The notes: generated by a model not told the origin, from the letters alone. 64,000 nt of DNA from an uncultured Clostridia bacterium (GCA_934140005.1 CAKPBB010000006.1:2604-66603), one strand, 5' to 3'. Shown: positions 28,081-38,714, counted from the stretch's first letter. Numbers and translations: made by a program.

Positions 28081-29742
28081 ATGAGTGATATAGAAATTGC
28101 AAGAAGTATTAAATTGGAAAATATAAATCAAATATCTAAAAAATTCAACATACCAGAAGAATTTATTGAACCATATGGAAAATATAAGGCTAAAGTTGAT
28201 AATAAATTTACTGAAAGTTTGAAAGAAAAAAAAGATGGCAAACTAATTCTTGTAACTTCTATAAATCCAACACCATTAGGTGAAGGAAAAACAACAGTTG
28301 CTATTGGACTTGCAGATGCATTAAATCAATTAAATAAAAAGGCTGTATTGGCTTTGAGAGAACCATCACTTGGGCCAGTATTTGGAATAAAAGGAGGTGC
28401 AACTGGTGGTGGATATTCACAAGTTGCTCCAATGGAAGAAATTAATCTTCATTTTACTGGAGATATACACGCAATTACTAGTGCTAATAATTTATTGTCT
28501 GCAATGATAGATAATCACCTTTTTTATGGAAATGAATTAAAATTTAAAAAAGTAATTTGGAAAAGATGCTTAGATTTAAATGATAGAAGTCTTAGAAAAA
28601 TAGAGATAGGCTTATCTAAAGAAAAAAATATGCAACAAAGAGAAGATGGATTTGATATCAGTGTGGCATCTGAGATTATGGCAATTTTTTGTTTAGCAAC
28701 AGATTTAGAAGACTTAAAAAGAAGAATAGGAAATATAATAGTTGGTTTTAATGAAAATGATGAACCAATAACTGCAAAAGATTTAAAAGCTGATGGTGCT
28801 TTAACAGTTTTATTAAAAGAAGCTTTTAGACCTAATATTGTACAAACTTTAGAACATAATTTGGCGATAATTCATGGAGGTCCTTTTGCTAATATTGCAC
28901 ATGGTTGTAATAGTGTTGTTGCTACTAGAATGGCTTTGAAATTAGGTGATTATGTTGTAACGGAAGCAGGCTTTGGGGCAGATCTTGGAGCTGAAAAATT
29001 TGTTGATATAAAATGTAGAAAGGCCAATTTAAAAGTTGATGTTGCTGTATGTGTAGCAACATTAAAAGCTTTAAAATACCATGCTGGTTTATCTGTAGAA
29101 GAATGTAATAAAGAAAATGTTGATGCTTTAAAATTAGGGATAAATAATTTGCTTAAACATGTTAATAATTTAAGAGAAGAATTAGGACTAAATGTGATTG
29201 TAGCAATAAACAAATTTACTTCTGATACTGAGGAAGAAATAAATACATTAATGAATATTTTAAAAGAGAACAATATAGAAGTAAGTATTTCAGATGTTTG
29301 GAATTATGGTGGAAAGGGAGCTATAGATTTAGCTGAAAAGATTATTAAAAGTTCAAACGAAGAAAAAGACATCAAATATGTATATGAACTTAATAAAGGA
29401 ATTAAACAAAAAATAAATGATATTGCTACAAAGATATATGGAGCAAGTGGAGTAGAATTTTCGAAAGAAGCAGAAGAAGAAATTACTAAAATAGATGAAC
29501 TTGGTTTCTCAAATTTGCCAATATGTATTGCTAAAACACAATATTCTTTTTCTGATAATGCGAAGAATTTATTATGTGAAGAACCTTTTAAAATACATAT
29601 AAATGAAATAAATTTAAAAGCAGGAGCTGAATTTATTGTTGCAAAATCTGGAAAAATATTTACAATGCCAGGATTACCTAAAGTTCCATCAGCAGAAAAG
29701 ATTGATATTGATGAAAATGAAAATATTGTTGGAATTTTTTAA
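28081..29742 (+). CDS. fhs: Formate-tetrahydrofolate ligase
   Basis: SDIEIA..., INPTPLGEGKTTVAIGL, LAIIHGGPFANIAHGCNS. Confidence 0.95.
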   Translation: MSDIEIARSIKLENINQISKKFNIPEEFIEPYGKYKAKVDNKFTESLKEKKDGKLILVTSINPTPLGEGKTTVAIGLADALNQLNKKAVLALREPSLGPVFGIKGGATGGGYSQVAPMEEINLHFTGDIHAITSANNLLSAMIDNHLFYGNELKFKKVIWKRCLDLNDRSLRKIEIGLSKEKNMQQREDGFDISVASEIMAIFCLATDLEDLKRRIGNIIVGFNENDEPITAKDLKADGALTVLLKEAFRPNIVQTLEHNLAIIHGGPFANIAHGCNSVVATRMALKLGDYVVTEAGFGADLGAEKFVDIKCRKANLKVDVAVCVATLKALKYHAGLSVEECNKENVDALKLGINNLLKHVNNLREELGLNVIVAINKFTSDTEEEINTLMNILKENNIEVSISDVWNYGGKGAIDLAEKIIKSSNEEKDIKYVYELNKGIKQKINDIATKIYGASGVEFSKEAEEEITKIDELGFSNLPICIAKTQYSFSDNAKNLLCEEPFKIHINEINLKAGAEFIVAKSGKIFTMPGLPKVPSAEKIDIDENENIVGIF

Positions 29743-29808
29743 TATGATATAGAACCATTAAAAGCATACTTTGTTTATAATAGAGTATGTTTTTTTGCGT
29801 TAAAAATA

Positions 29809-29838
29809 AACCTCTAATTGAAAAATTAGAGGTTTTGT
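29809..29838. terminator. Bidirectional intrinsic terminator
   Basis: AACCTCTAATT-GAAAA-AATTAGAGGTT with A/T runs on both sides, between convergent genes. Confidence 0.75.
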
Positions 29839-29894
29839 AACATTTTATTAAAGATTTCAAATAAATATGTTAATATTTATTTGAAAATTAAAGA

Positions 29895-31130
29895 CTAATT
29901 ATTTTCAGTAGATTTGAATTGCTTTTGTAAAAACTTAGGTATTGAAACTAAAGCTTTATAAAAAGCTAATTTTACTTTTTTCTTAAAGAAATAGAATTTA
30001 TTTAGTTTTCTAGGACTAACTGAAATACCACATTCTCTTTCTTCAACTACTGTTAAAGCAACACTTTCTTCAACTTTAGAAGTTTCTTTTTCTTTTACAA
30101 CTTCTTCTAATAGAGATGGTTCTTGAGGTTCATCATCTTCTATTATAGTAAAGTCACGAGTTTTTTGCTTTGTTTTTTTAGGTTCTATTTTTTGAACTTT
30201 TTCTTGAACAGGAGTTTCTGGTTCAAATAGTTCTTCAATATTTTCAATAGGTTCAATATTCAAAGTTTTTTCATTTTCTACTTCTGTAATAGTTTGTTCT
30301 ACAATAGAATTTTCTGAATTTGAAGCAGATAAAGTTTCTAATAAAGTATCAACATTATTTAATTCTACTTTGTTAGAATTAAAATTATTTATATTTGAAT
30401 AATTAGAATCTAAAATATCTTCAACTAAAATATTTTGTGTATGAGTAGGTACATCAGAAACTTGTTTTTCTATTTTTTCATTATTTTTTGTGTTATCAAT
30501 ACTTGTTGCTAAACTATTTAAAAGTGATTCTGAATTGTCAGTAGATATTATAGGACTTAATATATCTTCAATTAATTCATCTAAATTAAATTCAGTACTT
30601 GATATAGAAGAAGATTCAACAATTGGTTCAACAATATTTGCATAAGTTTCATCTGGCATTGAAAATAATTCATCAAATAAATCTGCAATTTCATTTTCCA
30701 TTTGTGAAAGCTGAACATTGGCATTAGAAATTTCTTGTTTTTCTTCAACAATATTTTTTTGCTCAACTTCTAAAGTAGCTATATTGTTAACAGAGTTTTC
30801 AGTATCTTTAATAGAGTTTTTAACTGATATAGGAACTTGTTTTTCAATTGGTGAAATATAATTAAATGTATTATTATTATCCCATTCATAATTTTCATTT
30901 CTAAAACAAAAATTAAATGTATCATAAGGTTTTATTTCAACTTCAGTTTCAAATCCATTATCAATTTTTTTCATATCTTTGGCTTGAGTACAATCCCAAT
31001 TGCTACCAAAACCATATACAATTGTTAAGCTATTTGAACCTTTTTGTGCTAAAAAACCATTATAAATTATTTTTGATTTTTCATTTTCAGTTAATTTCTT
31101 ATCAAAAGAAATCTCGTTTGTAAACTCCAT
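29895..31130 (-). CDS. Hypothetical acidic protein with an N-terminal beta-sandwich (carbohydrate-binding-module-like) region and a basic C-terminal tail
   Basis: N-terminal ~95 aa (IIYNGFLAQ...LTIVYGFGSNW...FNFCFRNENYEWDNNN) resembles starch/glycan-binding modules. The rest is E/N/S-rich. Confidence 0.4.
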   Translation of the reverse strand: MEFTNEISFDKKLTENEKSKIIYNGFLAQKGSNSLTIVYGFGSNWDCTQAKDMKKIDNGFETEVEIKPYDTFNFCFRNENYEWDNNNTFNYISPIEKQVPISVKNSIKDTENSVNNIATLEVEQKNIVEEKQEISNANVQLSQMENEIADLFDELFSMPDETYANIVEPIVESSSISSTEFNLDELIEDILSPIISTDNSESLLNSLATSIDNTKNNEKIEKQVSDVPTHTQNILVEDILDSNYSNINNFNSNKVELNNVDTLLETLSASNSENSIVEQTITEVENEKTLNIEPIENIEELFEPETPVQEKVQKIEPKKTKQKTRDFTIIEDDEPQEPSLLEEVVKEKETSKVEESVALTVVEERECGISVSPRKLNKFYFFKKKVKLAFYKALVSIPKFLQKQFKSTENN

Positions 31131-31334
31131 AATCTTTTCTCCTATATTTTTTGTTTTCTACATTATAATAATAATTTATAAAATTTTCAATAATAATTGA
31201 TAGAAAAATTTAAAAATAACATTAAATTTTTATAACAATATTACGAAAATATTACATATAAATCGTATAAATTTGGATTTGCAGTAAATACTAGTTATAA
31301 TTGGAAAAAATTAATTATGCATAAGGAGACAATG

Positions 31335-32006
31335 ATGAAAAAAATTTTAAAATATTTAACTTATTTGTTTAGTATAGTAGCTTTGATTTTTATAATTGAA
31401 AGTTTATATTCAACTGTTTATGCTTTATCTAAGTATGGATCACGAGGAAATGAAGTAAAACAGATACAAACTAAATTAAAAAATTGGGGATATTATAAAG
31501 GTAATGTTGATGGAATTTATGGTTCACAAACATTAGAAGCTGTAAAATATTTTCAAAGAAAAAACGGATTAACTGTTGACGGAATTGCAGGTTCAGCAAC
31601 TTTAAAAGCCTTAGGAATTACAAGTACTTCAAATTCATCTTCAGGAACAAGCAATAATAGTAATTTAAATTTATTATCTAAAGTTGTATATTCTGAAGCA
31701 AGGGGCGAGCCATATAAGGGACAAGTTGCTGTAGCAGCAGTTGTGCTTAACAGAATAGCAAGTTCTAAATTTCCAAATACAATGGCAGGGGTTGTATATC
31801 AGTCAGGAGCTTTTACAGCTGTATCTGATGGACAAATAAATTTAGAACCAAATTCTACAGCTAGAAAAGCTGCACAAGATGCAATAAATGGCTGGGACCC
31901 AACCTCGGGTTGCTTATATTATTTTAATCCTAATACAGCAACATCAAAATGGATATGGTCAAGGCCACAAGTTATAACTATAGGTAAGCACATTTTCTGT
32001 AAATAA
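31335..32006 (+). CDS. sleB: Spore cortex-lytic cell-wall hydrolase, SleB family
   Basis: Signal/TM N-terminus, PG-binding repeat (GNEVKQIQTKLKNWGYYKGNVDGIYG...), hydrolase-2 domain (YSEARGEPYKGQVAVAAVVLNR). Confidence 0.85.
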   Translation: MKKILKYLTYLFSIVALIFIIESLYSTVYALSKYGSRGNEVKQIQTKLKNWGYYKGNVDGIYGSQTLEAVKYFQRKNGLTVDGIAGSATLKALGITSTSNSSSGTSNNSNLNLLSKVVYSEARGEPYKGQVAVAAVVLNRIASSKFPNTMAGVVYQSGAFTAVSDGQINLEPNSTARKAAQDAINGWDPTSGCLYYFNPNTATSKWIWSRPQVITIGKHIFCK

Positions 32007-32074
32007 AATTGTTATAATTGACAAAACAAAAACAAATTGATAATATAATGTAGTAAAAGTTGGAGGAAAGAATA

Positions 32075-32581
32075 ATGCAAATATATCCGAAATTATATTG
32101 TGAAAAAATTACAGATATTTCAATAAATGCTTTGAAAGAAAAAAATATAAAAGCATTAATTTTAGATGTAGATAATACTTTAATTGACTATGACAGAAAT
32201 ATGCTACCAGGCTTGGAAAATTGGATTGAAAATGTAAAACAAAACAATATTAAATGCATAATTGTATCTAATAGCAACAAGAAAGAAAAGATTGAAACAG
32301 TAGCTATGAAGTTAGATATACCATATATATTTTTTGCAACCAAGCCATTAAAAAGAGGTTTTAAAAAGGCTATAAAAATCTTGGGCATAACCAATAATAA
32401 GGAAATTGCAGTTATTGGAGACCAAATTTTTACAGATATTATTGGTGCAAATAGATTGGAAATGTTTTCTATATTAGTAAAACCAATAAATGAAAAAGAT
32501 ATACTAATTACAAAATGGAAGAGACCAATAGAAGAAAAAATTTTACAGAATTATTTAAAGAAACAAAATACGAAAGATTAG
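32075..32581 (+). CDS. yqeG: YqeG-family HAD-IIIA phosphatase
   Basis: ALILDVDNTL and GDQIFTDIIGANR motifs. ATG 32075 follows GGAGG. Confidence 0.8.
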   Translation: MQIYPKLYCEKITDISINALKEKNIKALILDVDNTLIDYDRNMLPGLENWIENVKQNNIKCIIVSNSNKKEKIETVAMKLDIPYIFFATKPLKRGFKKAIKILGITNNKEIAVIGDQIFTDIIGANRLEMFSILVKPINEKDILITKWKRPIEEKILQNYLKKQNTKD

Positions 32582-32593
32582 AGGAAAAAAGAA

Positions 32594-33364
32594 ATGTATT
32601 TTAATAATGTGCACATAGTGTTTTATTTATTAATAGCTGTTTTAGGATTTGCAGTTGGAAAATTTATTGCTTGGTGTAATGAATGTTTTCCAAAAGAGGA
32701 AAAAATTTTTAGAAAAGAATTTTTTAAAGCGAATAAAGAAGGTTTAGAAAATAATTATATTTTAATGTGTATTACTGCAATTATGTATGTAGCATTATTA
32801 TATAAATTTGGAATAAAAAATGCAATTTATCAAAATCTAGATTTAATAAAATACCTAATTTTAACACCAATGCTTATTAGTGCATTTTTTGTAGACTTAA
32901 AGCATAGAATAATACCAAATCGTTTGAATTTAACTATATTTGAAACAGGTTTAATATTTGTGTTTTTATATGGAATTAATAATATAAATATTGCTAAAGA
33001 TATGTTATTTGGTATGCTTACTGGTGCAGGTATATTTGTAGCAATAACTTTATTAGGTGGTTTAATTGCAGGTAAAGAAGCAATGGGCTTTGGTGATGTT
33101 AAATTTATGGGAGCAATTGGATTATATTTTGGAGCTGGAAGTATTGCAGAAATTTCACTTTTAGCTTTTTGCATAGCTGCTGTTTTATCAATAATCATAT
33201 TATTAATTAGATTTATTATGAAAAAAGATGATGAATATATACCTTTTGGACCATTTTTAGTTATTGCAGCTGTATTTTGTATTTTTGCACCAACTAATAC
33301 AGTTTTTATAGCTTTTTTAAGTTTTTGCAAAATGCTAAGTGATAAATTATTAAATGTGTTATAA
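32594..33364 (+). CDS. Prepilin (type IV) signal peptidase, A24 family
   Basis: Polytopic membrane protein with the GFGDVKFMGAIGLYFG aspartyl-protease motif. Confidence 0.8.
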   Translation: MYFNNVHIVFYLLIAVLGFAVGKFIAWCNECFPKEEKIFRKEFFKANKEGLENNYILMCITAIMYVALLYKFGIKNAIYQNLDLIKYLILTPMLISAFFVDLKHRIIPNRLNLTIFETGLIFVFLYGINNINIAKDMLFGMLTGAGIFVAITLLGGLIAGKEAMGFGDVKFMGAIGLYFGAGSIAEISLLAFCIAAVLSIIILLIRFIMKKDDEYIPFGPFLVIAAVFCIFAPTNTVFIAFLSFCKMLSDKLLNVL

Positions 33365-33388
33365 AGAATTATATCAAGGAGAGTTCAA

Positions 33389-34456
33389 ATGAATGTTAGA
33401 TTAAAATGGTTAAGAGATCAATTAAAATCTTTGAATTTAGATGGTATGCTTGTATCAAATCCTATAAATATTAAATATTTAACAGGATTAGCAGCAGAAG
33501 GAACTTTAGTAATAGCACCAAAAGAAAATGTTTTTATAACAGATAGTAGATATATTGAAGATGTAAATAATAAATTGACAATAGCTGATGAAATTGTTGC
33601 ATATGATTGTAAAAAACTTAGTAAATATGATTATGAAGGTTTCTTTATGATATGCGAAAATATTGGATTTGAAGAAACATATGTAACATATGCAGATTAT
33701 CAAAAATATTTACAGACCTATAAAGTGAACCTAGTTGAAACAGAAGAAATAATTGAAAGGCAAAGAACCATAAAAGAAGAAACAGAAATTGAATGCATAA
33801 AAAAAGCTTGCGAAATAACAGATAAAACTTTTGAATATATTATTAGAAATATAAAAAAGGGAATGACAGAAAAGCAAGTTGCTTTTGAGATTGAAAGATA
33901 TATGATTATGCAGGGAGCAGATGGTTTGGCTTTTGAAACAATTGTTGCTTCTGGAGAAAACAGTTCTATGCCACATGCAATTCCAACAGATAGAGTAATA
34001 AAAAATGGCGATATACTTTTATTTGATATGGGAGCAAAATATAAAGGCTATTGTTCAGACTTGTCAAGGACTATATTTGTTGGTGAAGATACAAAATTTG
34101 AAGAAGAATATAATTTTGTAAGTGAAATGCAAAAAGAAATATATGAACAGTTTAAAGCAGGAGTGAACATAAAACCAATACTAAAAGAAATCGAAGCTAA
34201 GTACCAAGAACATAATTATGAAATAATGCATGCTTTTGGTCATGGAGTAGGCTTAAATATTCATGAAAAACCTGTTTTAAGAGCTAATATTGATAAGAAT
34301 ATAAAAGAAAATATGGTTTTAGCTATTGAACCAGGTATATATGAACCAGGAAAATTTGGAATAAGAATAGAAGATACTTTTTTAGTAACAGAAAATAAAT
34401 GTGAAAATTTAACAAAATGCAATAAAGGTTATATTAAAATTTCATTAAAAGCTTGA
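33389..34456 (+). CDS. pepP: M24-family Xaa-Pro aminopeptidase/dipeptidase
   Basis: Creatinase-like N-domain plus pita-bread motifs (FDMGAKYKGYCSDLSRT, HGVGLNIHE, EPGIY). Confidence 0.88.
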   Translation: MNVRLKWLRDQLKSLNLDGMLVSNPINIKYLTGLAAEGTLVIAPKENVFITDSRYIEDVNNKLTIADEIVAYDCKKLSKYDYEGFFMICENIGFEETYVTYADYQKYLQTYKVNLVETEEIIERQRTIKEETEIECIKKACEITDKTFEYIIRNIKKGMTEKQVAFEIERYMIMQGADGLAFETIVASGENSSMPHAIPTDRVIKNGDILLFDMGAKYKGYCSDLSRTIFVGEDTKFEEEYNFVSEMQKEIYEQFKAGVNIKPILKEIEAKYQEHNYEIMHAFGHGVGLNIHEKPVLRANIDKNIKENMVLAIEPGIYEPGKFGIRIEDTFLVTENKCENLTKCNKGYIKISLKA

Positions 34457-34526
34457 TTTTAGTGGAAAAATATGCTAGTATATAAAATAGTTTAATATGA
34501 AATTATAGGAAAAGAGGTAAAATTTT

Positions 34527-35093
34527 ATGGCAGATGTATATATGGCAGGAGATTTAAGAAATGGAACAACATTTGAATTAGACTCAAATGTATTTAAAGT
34601 AGTTGAATTTCAACACGTAAAACCAGGAAAAGGAGCAGCTTTCGTTAGAGTAAAAATGAAAAATGTTGTAACAGGAGCTGTTATTGAAAGAACTTTCAAT
34701 CCATCAGAAAAATTACAAGGTGCTGAAATTGAAAAAAGAGAAATGCAATACTTGTACAATGATGGAGATTTATATTATTTTATGGATAATACAAATTATG
34801 AACAAATCCCATTAAATAAAGAACAAATTGGTGATGCTTTAAAATACATTAAAGAAAATATGAATGTAACAATGCAATCAATAAAAGGTAAAGTATTTAA
34901 TGTTGAACCACCAATGTTTGTTGAATTAGAGGTTACATATACAGAACCAGGTTTCAGTGGAAATACAACAACAACTTCTGGAAAACCTGCAACATTAGAA
35001 AATGGTTTAGAAATCTCTGTACCTTTATTTGTTAATATAGGAGATATCATTAGAATAGATACAAGAACTGGTCTATATATGGAAAGACTATAG
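34527..35093 (+). CDS. efp: Translation elongation factor P
   Basis: [23 protein letters not shown]. The start may be an internal ATG (34542). Confidence 0.95.
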   Translation: MADVYMAGDLRNGTTFELDSNVFKVVEFQHVKPGKGAAFVRVKMKNVVTGAVIERTFNPSEKLQGAEIEKREMQYLYNDGDLYYFMDNTNYEQIPLNKEQIGDALKYIKENMNVTMQSIKGKVFNVEPPMFVELEVTYTEPGFSGNTTTTSGKPATLENGLEISVPLFVNIGDIIRIDTRTGLYMERL

Positions 35094-35110
35094 GAGGAAG
35101 TTTTAATTCA

Positions 35111-35491
35111 ATGCTTGATAAAAGATATAATGAAGTGATTGAAGAATTGAATAAAAATATGGAAAGCGAAAGCGATTCACAATATGCAAAAATGGTTATT
35201 ACTGAATTAACATTAATGTATTTAGATGAAGTAAATAAACTAGAAAAAGCTTATGAAAAGAAAATTCAATTATGTAATCTTAGATTAGCAGAATTAGAGC
35301 AAAGAATAGAAGGATTAGAAAACGATATATTTGATGAAGAAGATGATGGAAGTATATGTATATCATGTCCATATTGTAATGCTGATATCATATTGGATTC
35401 TTCAACTCCAGAAAATGAAATAGAATGCCCTGAATGTAAGAATATGATAGAATTAGATTGGGGACTTCTAGATGATGATGATATAATGTAA
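35111..35491 (+). CDS. Hypothetical coiled-coil / zinc-ribbon protein
   Basis: CPYC...CPEC pair at the C-terminus. Confidence 0.55.
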   Translation: MLDKRYNEVIEELNKNMESESDSQYAKMVITELTLMYLDEVNKLEKAYEKKIQLCNLRLAELEQRIEGLENDIFDEEDDGSICISCPYCNADIILDSSTPENEIECPECKNMIELDWGLLDDDDIM

Positions 35492-35515
35492 TTTATTCCG
35501 TATAAGTTAAATATT

Positions 35516-36083
35516 TTATTGAATGGATAAAATATCAAGAGGGTCAATAGCTTGGCCTTCTTTTTTTATGGTCAAATGAAGATGTGGACCAGTTGTTGCA
35601 CCATTTGTAAAGTTGCCGACTTGAATCTTTATAAGGATTATTTGAACTTGCTGTCACATATTTTGGACCAACTGTTGCTATTTTTTCACCTTTGGAAACA
35701 AATTCTGAAATCTCAACTTCGAAATCAGGATTTACATGACAATAGGAGATTAAGTATGGTGTGGACTTTACAGTTACAGTATATCCATTTGCACCACTAA
35801 ATCCTGTAAAACTTATATAGCCATCACAAATAGAGTAAATTGATGAACCTTCTGGTGCACCAATATCGATTCCGGAATGATATCTAGAAGCTCCTGTTGT
35901 AGGAGCTGTTCTATTGCCAAAATATGATGTAATAGTAGTATATTTTGAAGGCCATACAAATTCACTAGGGGGAATGACTATTAAATCTTCGTTTACAAGA
36001 ATGTTAGGCAATATAAATGCACAGATAAACAAGAGTAAAGAAAATAAAATAAAGAAATAAAATATAATTATTTTTTTTAACAT
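35516..36083 (-). pseudogene. M23-family peptidoglycan metalloendopeptidase interrupted by a frameshift near 35617-35622
   Basis: The 5' frame (35544-36083) carries HSGIDIG. The -1-offset 3' frame reads GNFTNGATTGPHLHLTIKKEGQAIDPLDILSIQ* and ends at 35516. Confidence 0.6.
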
Positions 36084-36128
36084 ATTTACCTCTGAAAGTT
36101 TTAATTTTTGAAAAGTTTATATAAATAA

Positions 36129-36158
36129 AAATAGAGATGAAAAAATTCATCTCTATTT
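36129..36158 (-). terminator. Intrinsic terminator after tRNA-Trp
   Basis: ATAGAGATGA-AAAAA-TTCATCTCTAT hairpin followed by a T-run on the minus strand. Confidence 0.7.
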
Positions 36159-36232
36159 TGGCAGGGGTGGAAAGAATCGAACTCTCATCAGGAGTTTTGG
36201 AGACTCTTATTCTACCATTGAACTACACCCCT
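36159..36232 (-). tRNA. tRNA-Trp (anticodon CCA), CCA encoded
   Basis: Minus-strand read AGGGGTGTAGTTCAATGGTAGAAT...CT-CCA-AA...GGTTCGATTC...CACCCCTGCCA. Confidence 0.9.
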
Positions 36233-36343
36233 ATATTTATTATTTATTACCCCGCTGACTTGTTTAATTATACACGACATAAAATTAAAAAGCAATAGAA
36301 AAAGGTAAAAAAATAAAAAAATTTTTCTTTATAGTTATATCTA

Positions 36344-36372
36344 TTTACAAAAAATGAAAAATCAAATACAAT
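36344..36372 (+). promoter_or_regulatory. Sigma-A promoter, TTTACA-17 nt-TACAAT
   Basis: Hexamers at 36344-36349 and 36367-36372, upstream of the vWA/XpaC/TelA cluster. Confidence 0.45.
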
Positions 36373-36411
36373 GTAGTAAATTTGAAAAATTATTATTTGG
36401 GGAGGATTACT

Positions 36412-38043
36412 TTGAAAGATAATAAAAAAAGAGATAAAGCATACGAATTTGCTATTATTGCTGTATTTTTAATTTTAATGTCTGTTTTTCTAATGATAGC
36501 AGGATCAGATTCAGATGACATTAAAATATCAAATATTAAACAAGCTACAAGTAAAAACTCTACATTTAAATTAATTTCTAGTACCGAAAATAAAGATTTA
36601 GACAAGGTATTAAAGGATTTTGCTAAAAGTAAGAATATAGATTTAGAGATTGATTATGCTGGAACGATTGATATTATGCAAAAATTGAATAGCGGAGAAC
36701 AATATAATGGCGTATGGGTTTCAAATTCAATTTGGCTTTATATGTTAGATAGCAATAAAATTAAAATATCAAATTCTAAGTCAACAAGTATAAATCCTGT
36801 TGTATTTGGAATTACAAAGGAAAAAGCAAAAGAGCTAGGTTTTGTAGATAAAGATATATATACTAAAGATATAGTAGAAGCAATTAAAAATGGAAAATTA
36901 AAGTTTAGTATGTCAAACCCAACACAGACTAATACAGGAGCAACGGCATACTTAGGATTGCTAATGACTCTTGCAGGTAATCCAGAAGTATTACAAGAGT
37001 ATAATTTGGAAGATGAAAATTTAAAAGCAGAATTAAAAGCCTTATTTTCTGGTTTAGAGCGTTCATCTGGAAGTGAGGATTTTTTAGAAGAATTATTCTT
37101 AAAAGGAAATTACGAAGCTGTTGTTACTTATGAATTTTCAATAATAAATATGAATAAAAAGTTAGTTGCAGAAGGAAAAGAGCCTTTATATATTGTATAT
37201 CCTATTGATGGTGTTTCAATTTCAGATTCTCCAATTGCTTATATAAAGCAAGATAGTGGAAATAATGAAGAATTTTTTAAAGAATTGCAAGGATATATTT
37301 TAAGTAATGAAGGACAACAAATCTTAGCTTCAAAAGGAAGAAGAACCTGGTATGGTGGCACTAAAAAAGATGTAGATCAAGCAGTATTTAATAAGGAATG
37401 GGGAATTGATACAACTAAATATATTGTTCCTATTAAATTTCCAAATACTGAAATTATAAAAGAAGCTTTAGGAATATATCAATCTGAACTTAGAAAACCT
37501 GTTCATACAGTATTTTGTTTGGATTATTCAGGAAGTATGTCTGGTGATGGATATAATCAGTTAAAAGAAGCAATGGAATATATTCTAACAGCTGAAAAAG
37601 CTTCTAATGATATGTTACAATTCACTTCAAAAGATAAGATTAGTGTAATTCCATTTAATGGATATATATTAGGAAAGTGGCACACTGATGATGGAAGCAA
37701 TACAAAAGAGATATTAGATAATATTAGTAATTTAAGACCATCTGGTGCAACTAATATTTATGAAACTGCTGAGGAAGCAATTGAATTATTAAAAGATGAA
37801 GATATGGAAAAATATAATGTATCTGTAATTTTAATGACAGATGGTATGTCAAATGTAGGTAACTTTAGGAGTTTTTCAAAGTATTATAAATACTTGAATA
37901 AGGATATTCCAGTATATTCAATTATGTTTGGAGATGCTTATGAAAATGAACTAGAAGATATTGCAAATTTAACTAATGCAAAAGTATTTGATGGTAAAAA
38001 AGACTTGCTTAAAGCATTTAAAGAAGTTAGAGGATATAACTAA
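36412..38043 (+). CDS. Membrane-anchored protein with a periplasmic-binding-protein-like N-domain and a C-terminal von Willebrand A domain
   Basis: MIDAS DYSGSMSG...TNIY...MTDG. TTG 36412 follows GGGGAGG. Confidence 0.75.
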   Translation: MKDNKKRDKAYEFAIIAVFLILMSVFLMIAGSDSDDIKISNIKQATSKNSTFKLISSTENKDLDKVLKDFAKSKNIDLEIDYAGTIDIMQKLNSGEQYNGVWVSNSIWLYMLDSNKIKISNSKSTSINPVVFGITKEKAKELGFVDKDIYTKDIVEAIKNGKLKFSMSNPTQTNTGATAYLGLLMTLAGNPEVLQEYNLEDENLKAELKALFSGLERSSGSEDFLEELFLKGNYEAVVTYEFSIINMNKKLVAEGKEPLYIVYPIDGVSISDSPIAYIKQDSGNNEEFFKELQGYILSNEGQQILASKGRRTWYGGTKKDVDQAVFNKEWGIDTTKYIVPIKFPNTEIIKEALGIYQSELRKPVHTVFCLDYSGSMSGDGYNQLKEAMEYILTAEKASNDMLQFTSKDKISVIPFNGYILGKWHTDDGSNTKEILDNISNLRPSGATNIYETAEEAIELLKDEDMEKYNVSVILMTDGMSNVGNFRSFSKYYKYLNKDIPVYSIMFGDAYENELEDIANLTNAKVFDGKKDLLKAFKEVRGYN

Positions 38044-38076
38044 AAATTCTCTATCTTAAGGAAGGAATGAAAAAAA

Positions 38077-38694
38077 ATGAAAAAAGGCTATATTGTATCA
38101 GCAATATTGGGTGCTGGTTTTGTAGCAGTTCCACTATTTATGGGAATAGAAACACCAATAGCAGTTGGTATGGGTGTTGTTGCTTATGTTGCTGGAAATT
38201 TAATTTTTTCAGAAAAAGAAACAGATATAAAATTTGAAAGTGAAAATTTATATGATTTATTAAATTCTGCTAAAAAAACAAATGCAGAAATTTGTGGAAT
38301 GATAGATAAGGTTGAAGATAAACAATTACAAGATGATATAAGAGAAATATATAGAATATCAAATAAAATTATAGATACTGTATCTAAAAATCCAGCAAAA
38401 CAAAAAAAGTCAAATAACTTTTTTCAATATTATTTACCAGTAACTTTGAAGATTTTGAGAAAATATGATGAAATTGAGAATCAAAGGTTAGAAAGTGAAG
38501 AAGGAAAGAAATTTATGGAAAATACTAAAAAAATGGTAAGCACAATAAAAAAATCTTTTAATGAGCAACTTTCTAATTTATATCAAACAGATATGATTGA
38601 TACTGATGCTGATATGAAGGTATTTAAAACAATGCTAAAAACAGATGGATATTCTGAAATAGATGATTTTAACATAGATAAACCAAAAGACTAA
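38077..38694 (+). CDS. xpaC: XpaC-like (5-bromo-4-chloroindolyl phosphate hydrolysis family) membrane protein
   Basis: Two N-terminal TM helices plus a helical domain (NFFQYYLPVTLKILRKYDEIE). Confidence 0.6.
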   Translation: MKKGYIVSAILGAGFVAVPLFMGIETPIAVGMGVVAYVAGNLIFSEKETDIKFESENLYDLLNSAKKTNAEICGMIDKVEDKQLQDDIREIYRISNKIIDTVSKNPAKQKKSNNFFQYYLPVTLKILRKYDEIENQRLESEEGKKFMENTKKMVSTIKKSFNEQLSNLYQTDMIDTDADMKVFKTMLKTDGYSEIDDFNIDKPKD

Positions 38695-38714
38695 TTTTAT
38701 AAGGAGGTAAAATT

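Noticed and set aside
35552-35800. 82-aa + strand ORF antisense to the M23 peptidase gene
   Set aside because: It is antisense to a recognisable M23 coding sequence, has no SD, and its product is implausible.
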